From NCBI GenBank assembly GCA_003152215.1, contig PLZP01000107.1:75395-139394 (forward strand): a DNA stretch of 64,000 bases. The letters are read 5' to 3'. Shown here piece after piece: positions 28,555 to 39,300 of this stretch. The notes under the pieces were generated by a model, which was given only the letters and a program-made list of their open reading frames with translations, searched no databases and was not told the DNA's origin. Every line of letters starts with the position of its first letter. Within the stretch, counting starts at the first letter, position 1. The position numbers were made by a program, and so were the translations under genes. Source of the stretch: Acidimicrobiaceae bacterium (GTDB lineage: Bacteria > Actinomycetota > Acidimicrobiia > Acidimicrobiales > RAAP-2).

Positions 28555-29757
28555 ATGATGAAACACAAGGGAATCAACGGAAAATTTCGACGTGTCGCGG
28601 TTTCGGTGGCGACGCTCTCAATGGTTGCGCTGGGCATCGCGGCGGTCCCTTCGGGGGCCGGTGCCGCGGGTCTGAAGGCGCCGACCGCGGGGATGAAGCC
28701 ACAAACGAGCATTGGCAAGGGTGAGGGCAAATTGAACCTAATTGCGTGGGAGGGGTACGCACAAGCGCAGTGGGTCAAGCCATTCGAGAAGGCGACTGGC
28801 TGCATGGTGAACGCGCTGTACGCCGGTTCTTCGGGTGAGATGGTGTCAAAGATGGCCAATGGCGGAGGCGGACAGTACGACCTCGTCTCCGCATCGGGCG
28901 ACGCCGACCTTCGACTCATCTACGGCGGTGACGTGAAACCGGTGAACATGAAGCTCATTCCTTCGTGGGGCCAGTTTCGTCCCTTCCTGAAAGCGCCGAG
29001 TTTCAACACCATCAACAACGTGCACTACGGCGTCAGTCTGCAGTTCGGCCCCAACGTGTTGCTGTACTCGACCAAGACGTTCAAGACCGCACCGACGTCG
29101 TGGAGCGTTCTCTACAGCAAGAAGTACGCGGGCCAGGTGACGGTGCCCAACAACCCGATCCAGATTGCCGACGCCGCGCTATATCTCGAGACCGCGAAGC
29201 CGTCACTGGGAATCACGGATCCCTACGAACTCACGCAGACGCAGTTCAACGCGACCGTTGCATTGCTGCAGCAGCAGAAGCCACTGATCAAGGCGTACTG
29301 GAACCTCGCGAGCCAGGAGATCAACCTCTTCCAGAGCAAGACCGTGGTCGCGGGCGCGGCGTGGCCGTACCAGACGAACACACTGAAGGGAGACGGTGTG
29401 GCCATCGCGGACACCATCCCGAAGGAAGGGGCGACCGGATGGGCCGACACGTGGATGCTCGCGAAGAACGCGCCTGACCCAAACTGCGCGTACAAGTGGA
29501 TGGCGTGGGTGTCGACGCCTAAGGTGCAGGCCGAACAGGCCATCAGCTTCGGCGAGACGCCGGCCAATTCGTTGGCGTGTCCCATCATGAACAAGTTGCA
29601 GGCCGGATCGTGCGCGGGCTATCACGCAAACCAGCCCGACTCCTACTTCATGACGATCAAGTTCTGGAAGACACCATTGTCGACGTGTGACAACGGGAAG
29701 AACGACTGTGTCCCCTATAGCGAGTGGACGAATGCCTGGACCCAAATAACGGGATGA
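28555..29757 (+). CDS. polyamine-type ABC substrate-binding protein (PotD/YdcS-like)
   Basis: GEGKLNLIAWEGYA, YDLVSASGDA, PKEGATGWADTWM and PNCAYKWM motifs. Confidence 0.87.
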   Translation: MMKHKGINGKFRRVAVSVATLSMVALGIAAVPSGAGAAGLKAPTAGMKPQTSIGKGEGKLNLIAWEGYAQAQWVKPFEKATGCMVNALYAGSSGEMVSKMANGGGGQYDLVSASGDADLRLIYGGDVKPVNMKLIPSWGQFRPFLKAPSFNTINNVHYGVSLQFGPNVLLYSTKTFKTAPTSWSVLYSKKYAGQVTVPNNPIQIADAALYLETAKPSLGITDPYELTQTQFNATVALLQQQKPLIKAYWNLASQEINLFQSKTVVAGAAWPYQTNTLKGDGVAIADTIPKEGATGWADTWMLAKNAPDPNCAYKWMAWVSTPKVQAEQAISFGETPANSLACPIMNKLQAGSCAGYHANQPDSYFMTIKFWKTPLSTCDNGKNDCVPYSEWTNAWTQITG

Positions 29758-30659
29758 CGACTTCGGTCGACTCCGAGACCAAGCGTGGAGGGCCTCGTGC
29801 CCTCCACGCTTCGGCACTAGCGAGGTCGCGTTGGCGCACGGCATTCCTGCTTTCGCCGCCACTCCTGTGGTTCTTGGTGATCTATCTGAGTTCGCTCCTC
29901 CTGATGCTGGTCACGTCGTTCTGGAGCGTCAACGACTTCACGCAGCAAATCGACCATCACCTCACTGGCGCAAATTTCGCGCAGATTTCGTCGGGTGCCT
30001 ACGTCACCATCATTTGGCGCACGGTGCTGCTGGCCGCGCTCGTGACGTTGACCGACGCCATCGTCGCGTTCCCTTTCGCCTACGTAATGGCGCGCATCGC
30101 GACGCAGCGAACACAGCGGATCCTTCTCGGTGCGGTGCTGCTGCCGCTGTGGGCCAGTTACCTGGCCAAGGTCTACGCGTGGATATCAATCCTGGAGAAG
30201 GGCGGCGCGCTCAACTGGACCTTCTCCAAACTGGGCCTTCCCGACCCCAACCTCGGCTTCACGAACGGCGCGATGTGGATTGCGTTCTGCTACATCTGGC
30301 TGCCGTACATGATCGTGCCGATCTACGGATCGTTGGAACGAATCCCTTCGTCGTTGCTGGACGCGTCGGCCGATCTCGGTGGTTCATCGTGGTCAACGTT
30401 CCGGCGAGTCATTCTCCCACTCGCGCTTCCCGGCCTGCTCGCCGGATCGATCTTCACCTTCTCGCTGACGTTGGGTGACTACGTCACGCCACTCTTGATC
30501 GGTGGATCGAATTCCACACTGATCGGTAACGCGATCTACGAGAACCTACTGACGGGCGGCAACCTTCCGCTGGCCGCGGCACTCTCGACGGTGCCCATCG
30601 TGATCATGATTGTCTACCTGACGGTCGCGAAGCGTCTCGGCGCGTTCGAGGCGCTCTGA
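29754..30659 (+). CDS. ABC permease (PotB-like)
   Basis: LPLWASYLAKVYAW, LLDASADLG and FSLTLGDY motifs. Confidence 0.87.
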   Translation: MTTSVDSETKRGGPRALHASALARSRWRTAFLLSPPLLWFLVIYLSSLLLMLVTSFWSVNDFTQQIDHHLTGANFAQISSGAYVTIIWRTVLLAALVTLTDAIVAFPFAYVMARIATQRTQRILLGAVLLPLWASYLAKVYAWISILEKGGALNWTFSKLGLPDPNLGFTNGAMWIAFCYIWLPYMIVPIYGSLERIPSSLLDASADLGGSSWSTFRRVILPLALPGLLAGSIFTFSLTLGDYVTPLLIGGSNSTLIGNAIYENLLTGGNLPLAAALSTVPIVIMIVYLTVAKRLGAFEAL

Positions 30660-31477
30660 TGCGACGACGGCTCTCGCGACTCGGTCTGTGGCTCTGGGTG
30701 TGGGCCGTGCTCTTCTTCCTCTTTGCGCCAATCGTGACGATCATCCTTTTCGGCTTCGACAGGTCCAACGTGGAGACCTGGCCAATTCAACACTGGACCA
30801 TGCACTGGTACTCAGTTGCCTGGAATGATCCGCAAGTGCGTTCAGCGTTCGTTCTCTCCATCAAGGCGGCCGTCGCCGCGACGGTGCTCTCACTACTCCT
30901 CGGTTCGTTGGCGGCCTTTGGCGTGCACAAAGCACGGTTTTTCGGTCGTGACTCGATCTCGCTGTTGCTGATCTTGCCGCTCGCCCTCCCGGGCGTCATT
31001 ACGGGCGTCGCGCTGAACTCAGCGTTCCAGTGGACCGGCATAACGCTGTCGATTTGGACGATCATCGTGGGCCACACGACGTTCTGCATTGTCGTGATTT
31101 ACAACAACGTCATTGCCCGACTGCGGAGGACGTCGAACACACTCCTCGAGGCCTCGGCCGACCTCGGTGCGAATACGTTGCAGACATTTCGGCTGGTCAC
31201 CTTCCCAACCATCGCCACCGCGCTGGTGTCGGGCGCGCTGCTCGCCTTCGCACTTAGTTTTGACGAAGTCATTGTTACGACCTTTACGGCCGGCGCGCAG
31301 AACACGCTACCGATTTGGATTTTCGGTGCAATCCGCCTTGGTCAACAACTCCCCGAGGTGAATGTGGTGGTGACGATGGTCGTCATCTTGATGTTCATTC
31401 CCATTCTGATCGCCGCGCGACTTACCGGGACGGAAAACTTTGCGCCCCGCGTCGCGGCGGCGCGCAAATCTGATTAG
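30659..31477 (+). CDS. ABC permease (PotC-like)
   Basis: LPLALPGVITG, LLEASADLGA and LSFDEVIVT motifs. Confidence 0.87.
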   Translation: MRRRLSRLGLWLWVWAVLFFLFAPIVTIILFGFDRSNVETWPIQHWTMHWYSVAWNDPQVRSAFVLSIKAAVAATVLSLLLGSLAAFGVHKARFFGRDSISLLLILPLALPGVITGVALNSAFQWTGITLSIWTIIVGHTTFCIVVIYNNVIARLRRTSNTLLEASADLGANTLQTFRLVTFPTIATALVSGALLAFALSFDEVIVTTFTAGAQNTLPIWIFGAIRLGQQLPEVNVVVTMVVILMFIPILIAARLTGTENFAPRVAAARKSD

Positions 31478-31962
31478 CTCGAACTCGACACCTCGTCGTC
31501 GTCAACGAGGTCGGCGCGGGCCCCTCGTTGGTTCTCTCCGACCTCAATCATGAACTCCTTCGGCGCCTCTTCCAGCAACATCAAAGACTCTGCGGCGCCG
31601 GGAGTGGCCAGCAACAGTTCGTCAAGTTTTCGCTGCGTGGCCTCCTGTTCGCGGCCTTGCGTGTGCTGAATCGTGAAGACCATGAGGAGCGTGACCGAGG
31701 AAACGGCGACTTCAAAGGAGACGACCCAAGAGCTGGGAAAGCCGAGAATTGCACCAAGAATCAGCATCGCAATGAGTACAGCGGAGAATGCCATCACAAC
31801 GATCGACATCGACGTGTAGTGATCAACGTGGTAGATGACTTTACTCAGCGTTGGTAGTTGCGCCGTTTTTCGCGAGATCACTTTGCTTGGTCGCGTGCTC
31901 TCAGCTGTCTCGTCCGGCCCCGCGGGAGTTGGGGAAGCGGTGGGTGTCGTGTCTGATGTCAT
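31474..31962 (-). CDS. low-affinity iron permease (Fet4-like) family protein
   Basis: Two TM helices followed by VTLLMVFTIQHTQGREQEATQRKLDELL. Confidence 0.78.
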   Translation of the reverse strand: MTSDTTPTASPTPAGPDETAESTRPSKVISRKTAQLPTLSKVIYHVDHYTSMSIVVMAFSAVLIAMLILGAILGFPSSWVVSFEVAVSSVTLLMVFTIQHTQGREQEATQRKLDELLLATPGAAESLMLLEEAPKEFMIEVGENQRGARADLVDDDEVSSSS

Positions 31963-32415
31963 CGTGTGTCCTCGGTAGCTGACTCTTTGTCACGAGCGGA
32001 GGCAAATCTCGCCGCGTCAACTGGCGCGCGTGAACCCGATGGTTGCGAACTCCACCTCTAGTTTAGGGAAAGGCCCTCATTTTCGAACTCTCCCCAATGA
32101 CATTGTGAATCCTGTGTGAATTGCACCTGTGATGTGAAGGGAAGAGCCAATGATCACTGACCTTTCCAAAGCGTCGCGTAACCCCAGAACGACGTCGGTC
32201 CGAAACCTATGCCTCCTGAAACCGGTAAGTTGGAGAAGGAAGTCAAAGAGGCTGCCAGCTCATGAGAGGCGCCAGTCCCTGCGGTCGACGAATTTTTGTC
32301 AGACTCCGGTTGGACCCGACGGCTCGCGGTTATGACGGCGCGTCTCGGTCGATTTACTCGACAGGGGTGCGCAAAGTGACTCGGAGCCCAGCGAAGATTG
32401 AGGAGGAGGACGACC

Positions 32416-32676
32416 GTGACGCGAAGCGCAAGCAATGAGATCGTCAAAAAGGACCTCTCGGATGTCGGCGCCGGTCTGGCAGTGGCGGTTGGTTCGACGA
32501 TTCTTCTCAAATTACTCTCGCGCCGCGGGCGCATTGTTCGCACGTTGGCCCTCGCGTCGGTCGCCGCCGCGACGACCCTCGCTCGCAACCGTTTTTTCGC
32601 GAATCACAAGACGACGACGTATTCATTTTCACGTGACGTTGATCGCAAACCCGCCGCGGGTGATGGCCATGTTTGA
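32416..32676 (+). CDS. small hypothetical membrane-associated protein
   Basis: Strong AGGAGGAGG RBS before GTG; two hydrophobic stretches; overlaps the glycosyltransferase start. Confidence 0.55.
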   Translation: MTRSASNEIVKKDLSDVGAGLAVAVGSTILLKLLSRRGRIVRTLALASVAAATTLARNRFFANHKTTTYSFSRDVDRKPAAGDGHV

Positions 32677-33823
32677 AGAGATGCCGATGAGTGAGCATCG
32701 CACGCGCGACTACGCGATGATTTCGACCTTTCCACCAACGCAGTGCGGTATTGCGACGTTCGCCGCCGCGCTCGCGGGCGGCCTCTACGAACTCGGCGAT
32801 GACGTCGGCATTGTCCGTGTCGGCGGCGAGCACGATCCGGCGAGAGAGATCGTCGTCGCGGAGTTGACCGGTCAGCGCGGCGAGATGACGCTGGCCGCGC
32901 GCAACGAACTTAATCACGCTGACGTCGTCATTGTCCAGCACGAGTACGGCATCTACGACGGTCCCGACGGCGAAGACATCGTTGGCGTCCTCGAAGAGAT
33001 TGATCGACCGACCATCGTCGTCGCCCACACTGTCCTGGAGAATCCAACACAACACCAGCGCCGCGTCCTCGAAGCCGTCGTGCGCGCCGCCGACGCCGTC
33101 GTCGTCATGACCGAAGCGGGACGACAGAGGCTTTGCAATAGTTTCGACGTCGACAAACGCAAGATCTCGGTGATTCCACACGGTGCCGCGGTATCGGACG
33201 CGGTGCGGCTCGTAGAGTCCAACGCGCAACCTCGACTTCTGACGTGGGGACTGCTCGGACCCGGCAAGGGAATCGAGTGGGCCATCGACGCTCTCGCACA
33301 ACTTCGCGATCTCAAACCTCGGTTGAAATACATCGTCGCGGGCAACACTCACCCCAAGGTCTTTGAATACGAGGGTGACGTCTATCGCAACATGCTGATT
33401 CAGCGCGCGAAGAATCGCAAAGTCGACGTCGAATTCGACCCCGAGTACCGATCGCTTCCGTCGCTGGCGCGTTTGATCAGCGAGGCCTCGATCGTGATCC
33501 TCCCGTACGACTCACCGGACCAGGTCACTTCGGGAGTACTCGTGGACGCCATCGCTGCCGGTCGACCGGTGATTGCCACCGCGTTTCCTCACGCCGTCGA
33601 ACTACTCTCGACCGGCGCCGGCATCGTCGTATCGCGCCAAGACCCCACCGCGCTGGCCGATGCGATACGCAAAGTCCTCACGACGCCAGGACTCGCGCAG
33701 AAGATGGCCGCGGAGGCCCGTCGATTGGCGCCTGAGCTCGCGTGGCCGCACATCGCGTCTCGTTACGCGCTGCTCGGTGAAGAGTTGCTCGACAAGAGAG
33801 CGCCGGTTTCGGCCGCTCGATGA
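32669..33823 (+). CDS. GT4-family glycosyltransferase
   Basis: ISTFPPTQCGIATF, QHEYGIY, TWGLLGPGKGIEW, SGVLVDAIAAGRPVIAT. Confidence 0.88.
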   Translation: MFEEMPMSEHRTRDYAMISTFPPTQCGIATFAAALAGGLYELGDDVGIVRVGGEHDPAREIVVAELTGQRGEMTLAARNELNHADVVIVQHEYGIYDGPDGEDIVGVLEEIDRPTIVVAHTVLENPTQHQRRVLEAVVRAADAVVVMTEAGRQRLCNSFDVDKRKISVIPHGAAVSDAVRLVESNAQPRLLTWGLLGPGKGIEWAIDALAQLRDLKPRLKYIVAGNTHPKVFEYEGDVYRNMLIQRAKNRKVDVEFDPEYRSLPSLARLISEASIVILPYDSPDQVTSGVLVDAIAAGRPVIATAFPHAVELLSTGAGIVVSRQDPTALADAIRKVLTTPGLAQKMAAEARRLAPELAWPHIASRYALLGEELLDKRAPVSAAR

Positions 33824-34830
33824 CCGCCGCATCTCGATTTGACCATTTGGTCGCGATGACCGATCGCATCGGCACGTTTGAACACGCCGAGCACGCTGTT
33901 CCGCGACGCGAGCACGGCTACTGCGTGGACGACGTGGCGCGGGTGCTCGTGGTCACCGCGCGCGAGCCACGTCCGAACGAAGCAGTTCGCTCGCTGGCGC
34001 AGGTATCGCTGGCCTTCATCGCCGATTCGATGGGTACCCGAGGCGACATCCGAAATCGACGCGACGCTGACGGAACGTGGTCAAGCGAATGGTGCACCGA
34101 AGACTGTTGGGGACGCAGCCTCTGGGGCCTTGGAACGGCGGCGGCGAGCGCGCAGTTCTCTATCTCCAGCGCCGCTCACTCGTTGTTCGAGCGCAGCGCC
34201 GTTTTGCGCTCGCAGTATCCGCGCTCCATGGCCTTCGCCGTCTTGGGCGCCGCGGCCATCACTCAGGTCGACCCGACCAATGCCATCGCGCTCGAACTGC
34301 TGCGCGCCGCCGCCGAAGTACTACCCGCCGCGAATGACAATCCCGCGTGGCCCTGGCCCGAAGAACGACTCTGGTACGCGAACGCCCTCCTGCCCGACGC
34401 GATGATTGCCACCGGAGCAGTATTGGAACGACCGGAGCTCGTGGACAGTGGCCTTTCGTTACTTGGATGGCTCTTGGAGCGCGAGACCCTTGACGGTCAT
34501 CTTTCAGTTACCCGCGCCGCAGGCACGGGTCCCGGTGACGTGGGACCGGGCTTCGACCAACAGCCCATTGAGGTTTCGACGATGGCTGACGCCTGCGCGC
34601 GCGCCATCACGGTGAACGATTCTCGTAAGTGGTTTGAAGGAATTCGCATGGCCAACGCGTGGTTTGATGGGGAAAATGACGCCAATGTACTCATGTGGGA
34701 CCCCGCGACGGGTGGTGGTTACGACGGGCTGCACGCAGACGCGGCGAACCAGAATCAAGGAGCCGAATCAACTTTGGCGCTGGTATCAACCCGCCAGCAG
34801 GCATTTACGCACCAAACTGTATCCACATGA
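33820..34830 (+). CDS. glycosyltransferase-associated alpha/alpha-toroid protein
   Basis: HGYCVDDVARVL, EDCWGRSLWGLG, WPWPEERLWYANA, FDQQPIE and NQGAESTLA motifs; ATGA-coupled. Confidence 0.75.
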   Translation: MTAASRFDHLVAMTDRIGTFEHAEHAVPRREHGYCVDDVARVLVVTAREPRPNEAVRSLAQVSLAFIADSMGTRGDIRNRRDADGTWSSEWCTEDCWGRSLWGLGTAAASAQFSISSAAHSLFERSAVLRSQYPRSMAFAVLGAAAITQVDPTNAIALELLRAAAEVLPAANDNPAWPWPEERLWYANALLPDAMIATGAVLERPELVDSGLSLLGWLLERETLDGHLSVTRAAGTGPGDVGPGFDQQPIEVSTMADACARAITVNDSRKWFEGIRMANAWFDGENDANVLMWDPATGGGYDGLHADAANQNQGAESTLALVSTRQQAFTHQTVST

Positions 34831-36362
34831 AGAATGAGTCCCTCGCGTCCCGCGCCGATCTCCATATTGTTTCGGATTCGTCACGGGTCGTCGCCCTACT
34901 ATTCGTCGCCGGTCAGGAACTCGGTGGCGCCGAGTCACGCGCCTCGAGCGTCGTCAAGCGAATCGTGGCGTTGCCCGAGGCTGACGTCCGGCGTCGACTG
35001 AAGGAGATCATTGCGCGTTTCGCTCGTCGCCACCGCGATATCGTCGCCGTCTTCGCCCAGCATGCTGAACGGGTCAGCAACCGTCTGGACCCCAACGTGG
35101 ACTTGAGTGAAGAACGCTGGCTCCTTTTGGGCGCCTCATTCACGCACGAATACTCGCTCGAGGCGGCCGCGATCTGCAATCCCAGCATGGTGGCGCACCC
35201 CGACCAGACGAACGTGCCCGATGGGTCGGTCCGTTTTATCATGAGTTACCGCGCAGTTGGTGAAGGTCACCGTTCGAGCATTGGCTTTCGCACCGGTCTG
35301 GTGAGCGCGGACGGCCAAATCACGCTCGATGAGCGCGAGCCCTACCCAATGATCGGAACGGCGCGCGACGGCATTTTCCATCGCGACGTGTTCCACGCGC
35401 GCTTAAAGGCCATGGGTCAAGACGGCGAGAGTGCCGCGTACGTGCTCGACGAACTTCCGCTCGTCTTCTCGATCGAAGAACTCGAAGCTCGACTCGAGAT
35501 CCTGGTCAGCGAGTTCGACACTCGTCAAGACGCGCACGCCATTGCCCGTCAGCACCGGTCAATCGCCGCCTGTAGCTACGGCGTGCACTTCGACGACGAC
35601 ATCGACATCTCCGAACGGGTCCTGTGGCCCGTCATGTCGGCCGAAGCCCACGGAATGGAAGACGCGCGCTTCGTGAAGTTCACAGAGACTGACGGCTCCA
35701 TCACGTACCTCGCGACGTACACGGCCTTCGACGGAACCCATATTTCACAACAACTGCTTCGCACCGACGACTTCATCTCCTTCGATGCCTCACCGGTTGT
35801 CGGCGCCGCCTCACTCAACAAAGGACTGGCCCTCTTTCCGCGCAAGATCGATGGACACTTTGCCGCACTCACGAGATACGACCGCGAGACCAACGCGGTG
35901 TGCTTCTCGGACACGCTCGGCCATTGGGGAAAGGCGGTGACGTTCCAGATGCCCGAATGGGACTGGGAGGTCATCCAACTCGGTAACTGCGGCTCACCCA
36001 TCGAGACGGACAAGGGCTGGTTGGTACTCACACACGCGGTCGGTCCGATGCGTACCTACAGCATTGGTGCGGTGCTCCTCGATCTCAACGATCCGACGAA
36101 GATGATCGGGGCCCTCAAGAACCCGCTGCTTACTGCCGACGCGGAAGAGCAGGACGGCTACGTGCCCAATGTGGTCTATACGTGCGGCGCCATGGCGCAC
36201 GGCGACCTGCTCGTCATCCCTTACGGCGTCGCGGACTGTCGAATCAACTTCGCGACGGTGAGTATTCGCGCGCTGTTAGCGGCGATGACGCCGACGCAGC
36301 ATCCCTCGATGGTCGCCAAAGTTCGGCACCGCCGCGAGGAAGACCTGGCTCTGGAACACTGA
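34827..36362 (+). CDS. GH130-family glycosidase/phosphorylase with N-terminal extension
   Basis: EYSLEAAAICNPS, GMEDARF, YTAFDG, NKGLALFPRKIDG, QLGNCGSPIET and GYVPNVVYTCG motifs. Confidence 0.88.
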   Translation: MKNESLASRADLHIVSDSSRVVALLFVAGQELGGAESRASSVVKRIVALPEADVRRRLKEIIARFARRHRDIVAVFAQHAERVSNRLDPNVDLSEERWLLLGASFTHEYSLEAAAICNPSMVAHPDQTNVPDGSVRFIMSYRAVGEGHRSSIGFRTGLVSADGQITLDEREPYPMIGTARDGIFHRDVFHARLKAMGQDGESAAYVLDELPLVFSIEELEARLEILVSEFDTRQDAHAIARQHRSIAACSYGVHFDDDIDISERVLWPVMSAEAHGMEDARFVKFTETDGSITYLATYTAFDGTHISQQLLRTDDFISFDASPVVGAASLNKGLALFPRKIDGHFAALTRYDRETNAVCFSDTLGHWGKAVTFQMPEWDWEVIQLGNCGSPIETDKGWLVLTHAVGPMRTYSIGAVLLDLNDPTKMIGALKNPLLTADAEEQDGYVPNVVYTCGAMAHGDLLVIPYGVADCRINFATVSIRALLAAMTPTQHPSMVAKVRHRREEDLALEH

Positions 36363-39300
36363 CAGTCCTTCGCCGAGGCCGGGACAGTGCGGTTTCGGAC
36401 CGGCGTTGACGTTGCCGTAGCGATGGTGGGTGATCGCGACACTCTGTTCGAGCAGCCAACGCGGCATTTCAATGTCGCCGCGCTGTGCAATCGGACGACG
36501 GTCAACCGTTACGCCCTGTTCGAGCAGATCTACCGTAGGCGCTACCTCGCCCGAGAGCCAGCGGACGCGACTGATCAATCCCGCGCGCGCGATCAACTGT
36601 TCGACGGTTTCGATTGTCGGATCGCCAAAGACGTCGACCGGTGACGCTGCGCTGTACGTCAAGGTGACGCCGGACGCGCCCAGAATGAAGTCGATCAACG
36701 TGAGTTCGGACTCGCTGAACGTGCCGTCGATGCGAACCACGATCGGCTTCGCGAAATGTCGATAGCGCTGAATATTCTTCTCGACCGTGAGCCCCGACCG
36801 GTCGATTGCCTGACTGCCCGTCTCTTCCCACCAGATTCGGGCCTGGTCCACGGCGGACATCGGGTCGCTCAGTGAGGACCACTCACGTAGGCAGCTGGTG
36901 TAACTGTGACCGCCGGCTTTCGCCGTTGGTCCAACGCTGCTTCGGCGCCAGCCGCCAAAGGGTTGTCGATTGACGACCGCACCCGTGATGCCGCGGTTCA
37001 CGTAGAGATTGCCGGCCTGGACGCGTTGCATCCACTGTTCGCACTCAGACTCGTCGAGTGACTGGATACCCGACGTAAGGCCGAAGTCTGTGCGATTCTG
37101 CCACTCGATCGCTGTCGCAAAGTCCGGCGCCACCATGACGCCTAACACCGGTCCGAACCATTCGTGTTGGTGACTCCATGACCCGGGCCGAACGCCGAGC
37201 TTGACGCCAGGCGACCATTGCAGTCCCGCGTCATCGAGTTGTTTCGGCGTCACGAGCCAACGCTCACCGGGTTCGAGCTGATGCAGCGCACGCTCGAGCG
37301 CCGGCTCGGCACGTCGGATGATTGGGCCAACGGACGTTGAGAGTTCCCACCCGGGACCGACCCGAAGACTTCGCACGGCATCACCTAGTTGGCGCAAGAA
37401 GGCCGGGTCTTCGTACACGTCGCGCACGACCACCACGAGACTGGCTGCACTGCACTTCTGACCGGCGTGACCAAAGGCTGATTGAACTACGTCGCGCACG
37501 GCCATTTCGATATCGGCGCAGGCGCTGATCAGAATTGAATTCTTGCCACTGGTCTCGGCGAGCAAATTGATCGATGGCTTCCAGCGCGAGAACATCAACG
37601 CGGTGTCGAATGACCCCGTCAAGATGACGGCGTCGACGTCGTCGTGCGTGACGAGGTGCTGGCCAGCGTCGTCATCTCGAGTCGGTACGAACTGCAGGAC
37701 ATTCTTTGGCACACCGCCCGACCAGAGTTGTCGAACCAGTTGCCACGCCGTCGCCACGGTCTCCGGCGCGGGTTTGAGAATCACGGCGTTGCCTGCGGCG
37801 AGCGCCGCGAAGACACCGCCCGAGGGAATGGCGTAGGGGAAGTTCCAGGGCGGTACGACGACGACCGTCCCGACTGGAGTCGAATCAGTTAAGTCAGAGA
37901 TTGATGATGAGTAGAAGCGGGCAAAGTCGATGCCTTCGCTGACCTCGGGGTCGGCTTCGGCCTGTGTCTTACCCGCGTCACGGGCCATTACCGCCGTCGT
38001 GGCGATGCGCTCGCTCTCCATCACGTCGGCGCAGCGAAAGAGGATCTGTCGACGCTCCTCAATCGACAGATTGGACCACGAAGAGCGCGATTCGCCAGCG
38101 CTGCGCACGGCGTCGTCGATGTGGTGTACGTCAGCAACGCAGTATCGGTACCACGGCACCCCCTCGTCGCCCGGATCGCGACCAATCTCGAACTCTGTCG
38201 AGATCCGCTCTTCACCGTCAATGACGAGTGGTAGCAACTCGTCGGGCAGTGACCTCGCGATGCTGAAGGCGCGCGTGATGTCGTCAAACGCGCGTGGCAA
38301 TGTCGTGTCGTAGTTCGCGACATTTGCGAACACTGTCGTGTCGAGAGTCACGGGGGCACCGTGACGCAAGGATTCGATCGACACGAGGTGACGTTGCGTG
38401 ACAGAGGCGACAAAGCGATCGCGCTGTTCACAGAATCGCTGCTCGTCCGATCCAATGTCAAAGGCGGCCTTTAAATAGTTCTCGTCTGAGGTGTTTTCAT
38501 CGAGACGTCGCACGAGGTACGCGACTGCGGACGCAAAGTCGTCGGACCGTGTGACGGGCGCATAGAGCAGCACCTGCTGACCGGTGCGCGCGATTGCGAG
38601 CGACTCGGCGTTGGCCATCCCCTCGAGCATCTCGACGTCGATCTGGTCGAGGACACCGCGAGCCGCCGCGACGTCGAGCGCCCAGGAGAGATGAAAAAGA
38701 TTGTGACTCGCGAGACCAATGCGCACGGCCTTCGCGTGTTCTTGACGCAGTGCGACATCAATGAGACGCGCGTAACTCGCGTCGACCTCAGCCTTAGACC
38801 GGTACGGAGCGGCCGACCAGCCGTGCAGCTCCGCTTCGGTCGTTTCCATGGCGAGATTTGCTCCCTTGACGAGTCGGACCTTGATTGTCGCGCCGGATCG
38901 ATTGAAGCGTGCGGTTGACCACGACACCAAATCGGCGAAGGTCGCGTGGGACTCGGGCAGATAGGCCTGGAGCACGACACCAGCGCTGAACGACTCGAAC
39001 TCTTCCTCACTTAAGACGCTCTTGAAGGCGCTGATCGTGAGCGCGAGATCTCGATACTCCTCCATGTCCAGATTCACGAACGCTCCGTGACGCTTCGCCT
39101 CCCGGTAGAGACGTCGCATCCTCTGCGCGACTCGTTCGAGCGATCCTTCGTGGTCGATCGTGATGATCTGACTGACGACCGACGACAGCTTCACCGACAC
39201 GTAATTGATGTCGGGCCGTCGCATCATTTCGAGCACCCGCTCAAGGCGCTCGTCAGCCTCACCGTCGCCCAGGACGGCTTCCCCGAGCACATTGATATTC

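Noticed and set aside
31990-32060. GGCAAA motif suggesting a c-di-GMP-I riboswitch
   Set aside because: No P2 stem with GNRA loop and no following GCAAAG/P3 elements
32150-32335. 61-aa ORF in the intergenic region before the glycosyltransferase operon
   Set aside because: No motif and low-information composition; cannot be supported
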